The notes under the pieces: model-generated
What the model saw: only the letters and a program-made list of their open reading frames with translations
Database searches by the model: none
What the model was told of the DNA's origin: nothing
Shown here: positions 22,700-35,058 of the stretch, one piece after another
How positions within the stretch are numbered: the first letter of the stretch is position 1
Layout of the letters: each line of letters opens with the position of its first letter
Program-made: the position numbers and the translations under genes
Assembly: GCA_040954595.2 (NCBI GenBank)
Contig: CM082595.2
Location: 8,166,317-8,230,316, forward strand
Length of the DNA stretch: 64,000 bases
Origin: Balanoglossus misakiensis
Taxonomy: Eukaryota; Animalia; Hemichordata
Reading direction: 5' to 3'

Positions 22700-25500
22700 G
22701 ACGAAAACACCAGTCTTTAAAATCACGGCAAAATAGAAGGCGTGATGGCTAATTTGCGTTTGGGAACTTGATGGTAGGTGTGTGTGATGCCCTGCAAAGT
22801 TAAACATAAAGACAGATGGTGAACCACTTGCCCGTCAAAACCATTCAACTCGTGTAGCAGGCGAACTGCATTAAGGTAGATTTTCAAGGTACCAACATTT
22901 CTAATTGTTGCCGATAAACACTGAACGAACAAAGCTAAACTGGTTGTGGAGGCAGGAACTGGCTTCAAACCATTGAAAATGCAAAACAGGAAGAAAGTCT
23001 TCCACTGCGAGTGAAAATTTGAAATTGTCCCATGTGCATAAGCAGCGGAAATGGTAGAGGTCCACTTTCGGTGGAATATTCTTAATCCTTTGTTGAAGGC
23101 TTCTGCTCCTGTGAAAAATGGAGAAAATACCAGTCATGAGTGAAATTGAATAATGTGCTGTCGACGTACTTTTCTGTCAATTGTTTAGCCCCTGTCAATT
23201 CTATGAATTTGGCATGGCTACGATCATCGGTGTCCCAACGGCTGAGTATGTCTGCAATACGATTAGAAGGGCCGCTGACATGTACTGCCTTGATTTGAAA
23301 CTGATATTGGGAAGCAACGAACCATATTTCCCTTGCGCATTTCAACATCTCTCGTACGACCGGAGTCAAGGACGTGAACAGCGGCTTCGTTATCTCACTG
23401 AATGATAAATTGTCTGCCCGTTAGTTGAGTGGCCCACAGTTTACATGCAACCATTACAGTCAAGAATTCTAGAATGCTGATGTGGTATTCTTTTTCACGA
23501 ATGGTTTGGGGAAATTGGCAATGGAAATACTCACCAGAAAGGTGCCACCGGCCCCTAGTAAGCATGCATCTGTGGTGAGAAATTGGTCTGGGAACCCCCA
23601 ATCCCCAGTGGGTAACATTGATATACCATTGAAATGCTCTAGGTATGAGGTCCACCACAGAATATCTTTTTTGAACTCGGCATTGATATGGAAACGATGA
23701 TGTTGACGTCGCAGTGTGCGCAACTTGTCTAATAACCGTGAGATAAAGACCCGCCTTGGCCTGACGCAACCTGCCAGAAAGGCCAGTTTACCGATAAGGG
23801 ACTGTAATTATCTTTTATTAGACCATTTCCTAGACAACCACACATGGGGAGGTACTGTTTAGTTTCTTCAAGTTTCTGCTGTGGCACACTCATAGCCATG
23901 TCAATAGTATTGAATTGTCGACCAAGGAAGGTCATTACTGGGGACGAGGAACAAGCTTTTCCCGATAATTCATCAAGACCAAGCTCAATAATAAGTAAAT
24001 TGCCCAATTGAGTGAATGCAAAATCAGCCTTATCGACTGATTCCGCACCAGCAAAATCATCTAAATAATTCACACAATCGCTTCCCTCCTGTTGTGATAT
24101 ATACCGGACTGCATTGGTAGTGCGCTGGCATGCAATGGAGGCCATTCGTAACCCAAAGGGCAATTTAGTGTCAAAGAAAATCATTTCTCTCCACCTGTAC
24201 CCCAATAGGAAATAGTCATGCGAATCGACAGGAATTTGGCGGTAAGCCCGTTTCAAATCACGCTTGTAAAGTAAACAACCAGGGCCTTTTATTCTGATAA
24301 GCTTAGTGAGATCATCGACGCCAGGGTAAGTCAAGGAAAAAGGCCCGTCCAAATAGAAATCAGAAGGTATCCCATCATTCACTGAGTGGCCGATAGGGAA
24401 ACTCAGATCGATAACCACCCGCCGATCCGGCGAATCCTTCTTGTCAACAGTTTGAAGCGGGGATAACATAAGAGGTTTGTCAAAGGGATTGTCGTGAAAG
24501 GGCCCGACTGAACCGCCTAGGGCTACCTCCTTAGAGATATATCTGTCTACGTGATCTGGGTACAGCACTGCTGATTTGTGGTTGGTGGAAACTGGAAGTG
24601 GGTGATGGGATAATGTGTAATTCAATGGCCATCCAAATTCTAAGAAATCACAAACTGCATAGTCATCATACCCTTGTAGTTTAGCTCGCCAAATTGGAAT
24701 GCATAGATTTGACTGAACTGGAACGCGGCACCCTTTGTAATTGGGTAAATTTGAATTGTAAATTTTGACATGCTTTTGAATAGACAGTGAGGCTGTGGGG
24801 GACAATGGGTGTGGCCAATACTCTATTGGGATGTGAGCGCTCTGACTTTGTTCAAAATCACAATCTGCCATATGCGGATATGAAAGTGTATCTGTTGTTG
24901 AGATATGCTGCATATCATCTATGATACCTGCCTGGATAAAATCACAATTACTATTGTAGGAGGACCCGGAATGTGGATGTTGTGGCATGTTGGACAATAT
25001 ATCAACAGGCATGTCATGATTGTTATTGTTGATGACTGGTGGGGAAATTGGGAGTCTGCATTATGAATGCCACCATCACAATGTCGGTTTTTAGAGTCAT
25101 AATCGCTGTTATTAGCCTGGGCCATGCCCAAGTGGCAATCGTGGGAGGATTCAGATTGTAACTGTTGTGGCACACTAGAATTTTTGCGAACGTATCACAG
25201 CTGGACAATTTTTGATCATGATGAAAGTATGGTTTATCCTGACTTGTAATATTTGTAACTATCGGTGTAGGTGAAATTGGAATACCTAAACAGTGTGTGC
25301 CGTCGTCACAAGCTGGATTCTCAGATGCATACCCAGCATCATCTAAACATTCATGTTGAGTGGAACACAATGAGTACATAGGTTAGTGACTGATGAAGGC
25401 CGACCTGAAATTTCATTGTGTGAAGACATGGTGCTATCAATAGGAAAAGTACTAAGAAGTGTTTGAGTAGCTGTCAAACTCTCTGAATCGTTAGGGGCCC
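22700..25500 (-). mobile_element. Decayed DIRS/Ngaro-type tyrosine-recombinase retrotransposon (RT, RNase H, start of YR)
   Basis: ORF 23729-25012 has RVVIDLS, DLKRAYRQIP, LPFGLR and YLDDF. RNase H pieces TTDAC, HISILEFLTV and NRIADILSR. Integrase N-terminal-like YLNAVRLLH at 22723-22968. Multiple frameshifts; boundaries approximate. Confidence 0.85.
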
Positions 25501-25504
25501 AAGC

Positions 25505-27112
25505 GCCCACTTTTTTTCTATTTTTTTGGGTGTGAGAACTTTTAACGACATCTTGATGGCGAATGGTTCAGGAAGGCTAGCCTTTTACATGAAGGTGTCA
25601 ACTGGTGTTGGTTCGAGACCACTTTTTTGTCCATTTCTTTTTTTTGTGTGAGAATTTTTAACGACATTATCAGTGTAATTTTTATTATTTTCAAAAAGCC
25701 AATTCATTTCAATATCAACGCTACGTATTTTATCTGTCGAGTATAAGAAACTTGCAGGGAAACTTGGTCATTTTTGTCGCGGTTCACTTGGGCAGGTGTG
25801 AATACGGAGTGCTCAGGAGAGAGAAAGATAAACTCGCTAAAACCGTGTCTTTCCGTCCGCATGACCAACCAAGGAGCGAAAAAGTCCTTATTTAGGCCGT
25901 AATAAAACGATTTATGTCGCCGAGGAGTAAATAAAGAACGGTCAGATCGTTGCGCGGCAGGGAACTCTTATTCGCACCGCTGCGGTGCAGGGAACTCTTA
26001 TTTGCACCGCTAATTGGAGTTGTGTTGCAATATAGTGCGAAAAAGTTCCGACTTTTTCGAGTACACATCTTGATGGCGAAGGGTTCAGGAAGGCTAGCCT
26101 TTTTACCTGTAGGTGTCAACAGATGTTGGTTCGAGACCATTTGTTTTTTTTTGTTTTTTCTTTGTGAGAACTTTTAACGACATTATATTTGTATTTTTTA
26201 TCAATTTCATAAATCCAATTCATTTCAATATCTACGCTGCGTTTTTTATCTGTCGGGTATAAGAAACATGCAGAGAAACTTGGCCGTTTTTTTGTCGCGG
26301 TTCACTTGGGCAATTCTGAATATGGAGTGCTCAGCAAAGAGATAGATAAACTCGCTAAAACCCTGTCTTTCCGTCCGCGTGACCAACCAAGGAGCGAAAA
26401 AGTCGTTATTTAGGCCGTAATAATATGAGGTTATTACGAAAATACCGCAAAGTATGCACGAGGACATTAGCGCCAAGTATCGCCCGACGCGCAGCGGAGG
26501 GCGATGCACTGCGCTAATGTCCGAGTGCATACTTTGTGGTATTTTCGTAATAACCTTATTATTATACATCTTACATCTCCGTTAGTTCTTGTGTTGCATG
26601 TTACTTGGCTTTCAAGTGCGTTGGAGTGGGAGCGCCTTGAAACCGTCCGCATAACAACGCATACCTGTACACGGTGAGTTGGGGCGCCTTGAAACCTAAA
26701 ACTTATTTAACGCGCGTTCCGTACGTACCGTTCAGTACGGCTTTTTATTGCACGCCAAAATCCAGTGTTCTCAGCACTAGGTGTATAATAAAACGTTTTA
26801 TGTCGCCGAGGAGTAAATAAAGAACGGTCAGATCGTTGCGCTGCAGGGAACTCTTATTCCCACCGCTGCGGTGCAGGGAACTCTTATTTGCACCGCTGCG
26901 GTGCAAATAAGATCATTGGAGTTGTGCTGCAATATAGTGCAGAAAATTTCCGAATTTTTGGAGTACACATCGTGATGGCGAAGCCTTTTACCTGAACGTG
27001 CCAACTGATGTTGGTTCGAGACCACTTTTTTCTATTTCTTTTTTCTTGTAAGAACTTTTAAAGACATCATCATTGTAATTTTTATCATTTTCATAAATCC
27101 AATTCATTTCAA
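25505..27112 (-). repeat. ~530-bp tandem repeat, block C (inverted relative to A and B, with internal deletions)
   Basis: Reverse complement of the block A monomer. Confidence 0.9.
26424..26791. mobile_element. Short hairpin-bearing insertion (Crypton-like non-autonomous element) inside the 530-bp repeat
   Basis: TAATAA direct repeats at 26418-26423 and 26786-26791; ~46-bp inverted arms at ~26428-26473 and ~26511-26556. Removing it restores the monomer. Confidence 0.6.
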
Positions 27113-27312
27113 TCTTCCTCTCTGCTGAGCACTCCGTATTCAGACTTTCCTAAGTGAACCGCGACAAAAAAAGACCAAGTTTCCCTGCATGTTTCTTATA
27201 CCCGACAGATAAAAAACGCAGCGTAGATATTGAAATGAATTGGATTTATGAAAATGATAAAAATTACAATGGCAATGTCGTTAAAAGTTCTCTAAAAAAT
27301 AGAAAAAAAGTG
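27113..27312 (+). repeat. ~200-bp inverted fragment of the 530-bp repeat (block D) abutting the LINE 5' end
   Basis: Orientation switches at ~27112. Confidence 0.88.
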
Positions 27313-28527
27313 GTCGATGCAGACGTGTCGAACGAGAGCTATGCCAGTCGTGTTTAATCTGACCGATTTGGTGCCATCCGGACTCAATACTTACGCCTTT
27401 GGATATACTGGTGCTGGTATAAGTGCTATTTGGACAAATTTTCAAGGTATTTTGAAGATTTGTTGAGTTTTCAAATCTTCTTTTTTTTGCCACGTCACCC
27501 GGCAGGGCGTCGCCAATATGGCTGCCCTGCCTGGCTCGCCGGGTGCTCGTCAGCGGAGTGAAAGGCCTATATGTCGGACTTCCTCAAAGACTGCCTCTAG
27601 ATTGAACACAATCTGTATTAACGATGAGGATTACTCGCCCATTCAATTAATAAGAGCCGTGTGAAAGAGAAAACTGGACAGAGCAGTGTCATTGCATGTG
27701 TGAAAGTCAACGGACTCTGGCAAATGACACTACAAGACAATGAAGACACACCACTGGTGCTGGATGAGGGCTTTGCTGTTGACGGAAGTCCTGTCGACGT
27801 TCAAGGCCTAGTGCGTAATTTGTTAACTGTTTCTTTTTTCAACGTTCCTGCGTATACAACAGATGATGAAATAACGGATAAATTAAAAGAATATGGATGT
27901 AATATCAGAGGACCAGTCGTAAGGAAATACTACGAAGAGGAACCTGAGGTAGAGACAGGAACACGATTTGTACGTATTGAATTGCCGGTATCTGTAAAAT
28001 CTCTTCCCTACAGTCAGGACGTAAGTGGGGTAATTAAACAGCAGGGGATCATGCAATGCAAACACTTGAACTGGCCAGTAACGTTTGAATTGCTCATTTG
28101 CATACAGTTTTTCAACTTTTTTCACAACGAAAGTTAAGCAACTTGCAACCCATTTCTGACAATTATTTCACCCCAGGCACATTACTGGTACTATGAGTGT
28201 ACTACATGTGATTTTTCATGAAGTTTTATCGAGAAGAATTTCTTTACTTCCACTGACAAAATTGTGATCACGAAATTCAAAGTGACCTTGAAGTTAAAAA
28301 AATCAAAAAAAAAATATCAGCCATACCCACACAAAAATTAACCCCCTCAGGATTTAGAAACATTATTAAACTCCTCTATTCATAATTTTGACATGAATAT
28401 ATCCATGCCGAGAGTCAAGGACCACAATTTACAGTGCCATAGGTCAGTCCTGAGAAGTCAGTCAGCGTGAATAGTGTATAGATTCCGTATGTAATATGCT
28501 AATGAGTACGGTGGCCGATACCGACAC

Positions 28528-28895
28528 TCCTCTGCTATGCTAAGTCGGCCTCCTCTGCTATGCTAAGTCCTCCTCTGCTATGCTAATTCCTGCGATGCTA
28601 TGCTAAGTCCTGCGATGCTATGCTAAGTCCTGCGATGCTAACTGAATCTGATCTGCTGTCGACCTCCTCTGCTATGCTATGTCGATCTGCGATGCTATGC
28701 TAATTCCTGCGATGCTATGCTTATTCCTGCGATGCTATGCTAAGTCCTGCGATGCTAACTGAATCTGATCTGCTGTCGACCTCCTCTGCTATGCTATGTC
28801 GATCTGCGATGCTATGCTAATTCCTGCGATGCTATGCTTATTCCTGCGATGCTATGCTTATTCCTGCGATGCTATGCTAAGTCCTGCGATGCTAA
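28528..28895 (+). repeat. ~20-bp tandem repeats (CCTGCGATGCTATGCTAAGT-like) inside the left TIR, mirrored at ~31942-32330
   Basis: Direct observation; copy number and order differ slightly between the two TIRs. Confidence 0.92.
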
Positions 28896-29505
28896 CTTAA
28901 CCGGAAGTACTGGAGTACATTTTTACGAACAAACATACGCTCGTCTCACGGACTTGGTGAAGTTGTTATTTGGACGGCCGGAGAACTGAGAAAGCGGTAA
29001 GTGATAATAGAAATAACATCTGAATATCTTATCCATAACATTTGTTTCGAAGATACGGATTTTGTAGGCGGCGACAACCTCTGCAATTAGAGGCGATCGT
29101 TTCCCCACTTTCCAATCCTTGAAATCAAGACTTCATTTGCGGTCCTACTAATTACTGCCTGTCGCTGCCCATCATTTTCTGTGGAAATTGGCTGATCAGT
29201 TAAGCCCAATATATGATGAAATTAATATTCGCGTATCAGTGGCCTCTCTCGGTATTGCGAAAATTTCAACTCGCAAAAAATAACATGTTTTACAGTATTA
29301 GAGTTTACCGTCTTTGGTGGAGAAGTCTATTTGTTTTGACATAACAGATTAATTTTGGTTGCCTGAGTTGAAGTTGCAAATTTATAGAGTTAACTATGTT
29401 CACAATTTTTCCTTATCATGGTATGTTTTCCTCATGGCTAAAGCAAATAGTTGTTTAGTGAATGCTTCCTGTGTGTCTTATACGAGAGCCACTTTCCTTT
29501 TACAG

Positions 29506-29705
29506 GTGGTGTTGATTGTCTACAACTTATACAATGTAACATTGACGATCTGGACGTACACGTATGTTCACCTTATTATGTGGTCGACTGTCAGCTAGAT
29601 GAATATCTACATCACATTATGATGGATGATTTGCTATTGCCAGCCAGGAATCCATTAGATGCTGAAGCTCTCTACCTGACACTTTTGGAAAGATTAACAG
29701 ACTGA
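29506..29705 (+). pseudogene. Probable terminal exon of the IS3EU-like transposase
   Basis: Acceptor CTTTTACAG, then ...LDEYLHHIMMDDLLLPARNPLDAEALYLTLLERLTD*, which by recollection resembles C-termini of such integrase-like proteins; not database-verified. Confidence 0.45.
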
Positions 29706-29918
29706 ATCACAGTACTAGAAATATCCCACGATTCATTCCGATATGTACCATCAGAGATTCCTCAGTCAAACCAATTGTGTATTTTGTGAATGGTGACTAT
29801 AGTTTTCTTTGGTGTTCAAAGGGTTAATTATATGCAAGTTAAAGTGCTAAAAAATAGTTTGTAAATGGAAGTAGTAAAGAAAATGTATTATCATTTCAAT
29901 GCATGTACTCGGTGTTAA

Positions 29919-30537
29919 AGGGGAAATCCGTCGTAGCTGATTTCTACATAATTTGGTAGCTTTGATGTCACTCTTTCAGAAAAAAACATATTCGCCATGT
30001 ATAGGTCGCGCGATTTTTTACAAAATCTAGGGAAAGTTGGCAGAATTTCCAATATGGCGTTTACTGTAATTTGAATCATGGGAAAAAAAGCGCCAGGACC
30101 AACTTCCGCCCACCATGGTGTGGGTGATACCATTCTCCGATAGGTGTCACTGGGTGACAGACTAGGCGTATTTTCATAGCTATTGTTTGTTCTTTGCATC
30201 AGTTGATAAACAATCATCAGCAAAGTCGAAAATTTGTCATCTATTGACAGTTTTCATGAGCTATAACCCATGGAAAATATGAAAATACGCTTAGCTTGTG
30301 ACGCAGTGACACCAATCGGAAAATGGTATCACCCACACTAAGGTGGGCGGAAGTTGGTCCTGGCGCTTTTTTTCCCATGATTCAAATTACAGTAAACGCC
30401 ATATTGGAAATTCTGCCAACTTTCCCTAGATTTTGTAAAAAATCGCGCGACCTATACATGGCGAATATGTTTTTTTCTGAAAGAGTGACATCAAAGCTAC
30501 CAAATTATGTAGAAATCAGCTACGACGGATTTCCCCT
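29919..30537. mobile_element. Kolobok-like fold-back MITE
   Basis: TTAA|AGGGGAAATCC ... GGATTTCCCCT|TTAA; near-perfect inverted arms over 200 bp, giving the identical peptide in ORFs 29915-30223(-) and 30323-30541(+). Confidence 0.82.
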
Positions 30538-33500
30538 TTAAGTAACTTGTTGGGCAAATGGACAAGTATAATATGAGGATTTTTTCCCCTGCACAATACA
30601 GAAAGATGTCCTGCAGTTATTTGTGATACTTCAGTTCATTATGATTATTAGGCAAGTTTTAAAGCAAAAGTAAAATTTCATCACAATTGCATGTGACGTC
30701 ACCATGAGGTTACACACTGTGGAGGTCAACTTGTCTTCTCAAGGCGGAACAAGTTGTGTTTATTTTGCGTGCTGCCATTACCCAAGGTCCTAAAAATATA
30801 GCGAGTATTTAGATTCAATAGTAATCTTTCAGCCACCAAGTCGTCATTTCTGTATCTACTTTGGTTTTGGAGTAATTCCACACTGAATCGAGTCTCAAAC
30901 CAGTCATTAGTAACTCAACATGTTTCGTTTAGCTTAACATAGAATAAAATGACAAACTCACGTAAACCAAAATCTGAAGTGTCTGTGTGTGTTTTTTTTT
31001 TACTTTTACAACTTATAACCTAGAACCTGTGAAAAGTACGGTGTTCAGTGCAGTGTATGGCGAATGGTGGGTAGAATATTGTACTCTGTGAATGACACAC
31101 TTCACATGAAATATTTAAGTTTTCACCAAGTTTATTTTATCATGGTTGCCAATAAAGTACACTTGTAACAAAGTCAACTGTTTTTACAGATTTTATGCAT
31201 GGTGGGTCTTGGTTTATTGGCCACTTGCCGAGCTGTGAGTTACACACACCTGTATGTAAATTAAATAAAACACTGAGAATTTATTATATTACCAATTCTG
31301 GCAACAATTCATTGAAAATAGATATTCACATTTTTAACACACATGGTCCTTGAATTCAACTAAAAACACCAAAAAAATTCCAAAGAATATATGCCTAAAA
31401 ACAAAACAAAAAATTAATCACCTTGATTTCTAGTTTAGAATAGGTGTTACTATGGTAACAAATTGTTTTCATCTTTCAAAACCAAAGATGAAATAATAGC
31501 CAATGGTGATTATCTGAGATATCTGCGCATTTGACTGACATGCAAGCTTTTCAAACATAACAATGCACACACAGACCATGACTTTACTGAAGTAGAGTGG
31601 AGCTATCAAAATGTACACACTCAAAAGGTAAATAAAACTTTGTTTTTGTTCGTCAGTTGACTTGTTTAGCCCTGGTTAATGCTAACAACACACAGGTGGT
31701 ATTTGGGTACACGCGCCTGAGGAAACGATCGCACCGTTTATAACCTCTAATTGCAGAGGTTGTCGCCGCCTACAAAATCCGTATCTTCGAAACAAATGTT
31801 ATGGATAAGATATTCAGATGTTATTTCTATTATCACTTACCGCTTTCTCAGTTCTCCGGCCGTCCAAATAACAACTTCACCAAGTCCGTGAGACGAGCGT
31901 ATGTTTGTTCGTAAAAATGTACTCCAGTACTTCCGGTTAAGTTAGCATCGCAGGACTTAGCATAGCATCGCAGGAATAAGCATAGCATCGCAGGACTTAG
32001 CATAGCATCGCAGGAATAAGCATAGCATCGCAGGAATTAGCATAGCATCGCAGATCGACATAGCATAGCAGAGGAGGTCGACAGCAGATCAGATTCAGTT
32101 AGCATCGCAGGACTTAGCATAGCATCGCAGGAATAAGCATAGCATCGCAGGAATTAGCATAGCATCGCAGATCGACATAGCATAGCAGAGGAGGTCGACA
32201 GCAGATCAGATTCAGTTAGCATCGCAGGACTTAGCATAGCATCGCAGGACTTAGCATAGCATCGCAGGAATTAGCATAGCAGAGGAGGACTTAGCATAGC
32301 AGAGGAGGCCGACTTAGCATAGCAGAGGAGTGTCGGTATCGGCCACCGTAAATGAGAGATGCGTTGTAAAGGAAGCCATTACGTCATGGGTTAACATGCG
32401 TTGACCTACTTCAATGCATACACATATGGCAAACACGGCTGTACTCGTCGATGGCGAAGGCAATTTTTACACCGTCATTACTCCACAAGGGAGCGGCTCA
32501 CACTATTATAATTTCACGGTAACTTAGTTCAATATCTTCCTAACCTACCCAATTTTTTTCAAGACAAGAAATCTTTGCCGAGAGTCAAGGACCACAATTT
32601 AAACCAACATACCGAAACTGTCTTTCTCGGGAACGCGTCGTTAAAACTTCACGAAAAATCATCCTATCATTGACTATGGTGTTTCATACACGTCTTAGAA
32701 AAATGGGTGCACTACGATCACTTGTAGTACCGAAAATCTCCGTTTGAAAATTTTTCGAACTGGCCGTAACTGCCACTCAGCGACGTTCACATTCAAATAG
32801 ATCTCTTTGATCTCACCGCCGTAATTACCCCACTTACGTCCTGACTGTATGCTGTCAAGTTTGAACGTAATGGTCCCTATGTTCAATTGTTACATTCTAA
32901 TCAGTCTAAAGTCTGCAACTATTGCTTGGATTCTTCGCACCTTATATACAACTGCCCGAAATATGAATGAAAACGCTGCCATGAAAAGGGTCATCTAGAA
33001 CGTGCCTGTGGAAATTACAGATGTTATAAATGTTACAGAGTCGGCCATAGGGCAAAGGAATGTGAAGCTGAAATATATGGTGATGGTGATGTATACATTA
33101 TCCAACAATATTCTGATGAAGAGGAACAAGTGGAGGATCACAACATCGACTAGGAACAGGTAAATGACAGACATTGGAAGTGAACAACAAATAGCAGAAC
33201 AATGCAGTGTGCAGAAACGAGCAAGCGACGTGCAAGCTGAGGAACAGCAAACATCAGCAGATGAGCGGCTGCAGGATCATGGAGAGGACATTTCACTACA
33301 CCAAACAACAACAGTAGCAGAACAGGAACAAAGTCAACAAAACAGTGAAATGGACGTAGATGAAACAGCAATCCCAAACTGCCAGGTTAAACGCCGCAAA
33401 TCAGATGACATGAACTCTAAAGACACTGAGCTTCAAGCCAACAAAACAGGTAGACCCCCGAAAAAACGTTTTACACCAAATTTAGTAGAACGAAAAAAGC

Positions 33501-34393
33501 CACAAAATGATGATAAGGATAAACAAAAATGCACTAGTAAATAACAATGGATTGTATTTTTAACATCTGCCCTCTCCTCCTGGTTGTCACCATGGTTGTT
33601 ATAAGTTCTGTTAACGCTAATGGCCTTTCTGATTTACACACATTCGATCATGTTCTGCAATTTTGTAAAAATAGCCACCATGACGTCATCTGTTTTCAGG
33701 AGACCTTCTGGGACAATCAGATCGCTGTCCACATTCATAACAAAATTGCTCCAGATTTTCATTTCTTTCATAATAATTGTACAGATCCTGCAAGGAGGAG
33801 AGGGGTAGCAATACTTGTGAGAAAACGGTCAGAGGTTAAAATTCTTGGTCATCGATGGGACTCTGCTGGAAGAATTATTTCCATACAAATTCAGGTTTCT
33901 CATCACAATATTAATATTATCAACATTTACTCTCCTAATCAATCTCATCTCCGTACGCAGTTTTGGAAGGATCTTTCCCATTTTTTTCTCAATGATTACG
34001 TGCATGTTGTTATAGGTGATTTCAATACTAAAATTAATCCTTACATTGATCAATCCAATAGTGTTTTAAACCATGTTGATCCTTCTCGTAATCATTTGCT
34101 GAATTTCATTACACAGTTTTCCCTGGTAGACATCTGGCGCAAACAACATCCTCACGCCAGAGAAAGTACTTGACAACGGTATCTCCATGGCAATCTCCAG
34201 CAGAGTGGCATTGATTATGCTCTCATACATGAAAGCATTGTCCACATGTGCCAAAGTTCTCATATTATGCATTTTCCCTATAGCGACCATGAACTTATCC
34301 AGTTCAAATTCAATTTCCATAACTCACCTCGGGGTCCGGGAGTCTGAGCTTTAAATAAAAATCTCTTGAGGGATAAAGTTTATGTCAATAATA

Positions 34394-35037
34394 TGTAACG
34401 GCCTTGTTGATCCATTGAATTTGTATACATTTATATCTGTATGTATGTTATACCTGTATCTTATAGTAATTAGTTATTCAATTATTCATATGACGTAATA
34501 GTACTTACCTTCAATTGGTTGATCTTAATTATATGCAAACCACCTGGAAGTTTCATTTGACCAATGAACACAAGCTAATCTGGCACTATGATGTAATTGC
34601 TGATATAAAAGGACATGGTGCATAAAATTGGTCAGTTCACCTCTGTAGCCAGACCGGCCACACACGTTGTGGAACTGACATGTATTTGTTCCATTTCAGG
34701 TTAGTTTCCTTGTACCTTACCTGTTGCTTGAAGCTTTGTATTTTGGTGCATTCTACCGACTCATTTCAGCACAAGTAATTGGTGTCTTTAACTTGCGTCA
34801 ATTTTCCAATTGTATGTCTATATTTTTCACTTGCATGAATTTTGGTGTATTCTGTTGGAGGTGAACTCCCATACATGTGTGTAATTTAGCAGTTCACCTC
34901 TGTAGCCAGACCGGCCACACACGTTGGAACTGACATGTATTTGTTCCATTTCAGTTATTAAATGTAAGGCCTATGTCTTTGTTACCCGTAACCTGTATGG
35001 TGTGAATATGTTGGAATGAACGGCGACAACCGTGACA
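34394..35037 (+). repeat. Gypsy 5' LTR (644 bp)
   Basis: TG...CA with a 7/8 terminal inverted match; CCAAT at 34561, TATAAAA at 34604-34610, Inr-like TCAGTT at 34632-34637. Confidence 0.92.
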
Positions 35038-35039
35038 AA

Positions 35040-35058
35040 TGGCGTAGTCGGCAGGATT
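35040..35058 (+). promoter_or_regulatory. Primer binding site, tRNA-Ser
   Basis: TGGCGTAGTCGGCAGGATT is complementary to the conserved 3' end of metazoan tRNA-Ser(AGA) including CCA; it lies 2 nt after the LTR. Confidence 0.9.

Larger units (their letters stand above)
28507..32350. mobile_element. IS3EU-like DNA transposon deletion derivative with ~600-bp TIRs
   Basis: Termini TAC...GTA; 6-bp duplication AATGAG (28501-28506, 32351-32356); TIRs 28507-29093 and 31744-32350. TAY..RTA termini with a 6-bp TSD are the described IS3EU signature. Confidence 0.75.
28011..32847. mobile_element. Non-autonomous Tc1/mariner-superfamily element (~1 kb net)
   Basis: Perfect 26-bp TIR CAGTCAGGACGTAAGTGGGGTAATTA at 28011-28036 and 32822-32847; TA duplication at 28009-28010 and 32848-32849. 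Confidence 0.9.
27518..33544 (+). pseudogene. LINE ORF1 (nucleic-acid-binding protein with CCHC knuckles), split by a DNA transposon
   Basis: Removing 28011-32849 joins ...VKSLPY|AVKFERNGPYVQLLHSNQSKVCNYC..., followed by CxxCxxxxHxxxxC motifs, one with a stop replacing Cys. Confidence 0.82.

Noticed and set aside
29915-30541. Duplicated small protein gene on opposite strands
   Set aside because: The identical peptides simply reflect the inverted arms of a MITE.
28507-32350. Polinton/Maverick
   Set aside because: The 6-bp TSD and long TIRs fit, but the termini are TAC..GTA rather than AG..CT, and no pPolB, capsid or ATPase remnants are visible.
28406-32601. 26-bp direct repeat TGCCGAGAGTCAAGGACCACAATTTA (28406-28431, 32576-32601) as the boundary of another insertion
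   Set aside because: Too long for a TSD and no element termini are adjacent; most simply an internal repeat of the Tc1/mariner-like element.
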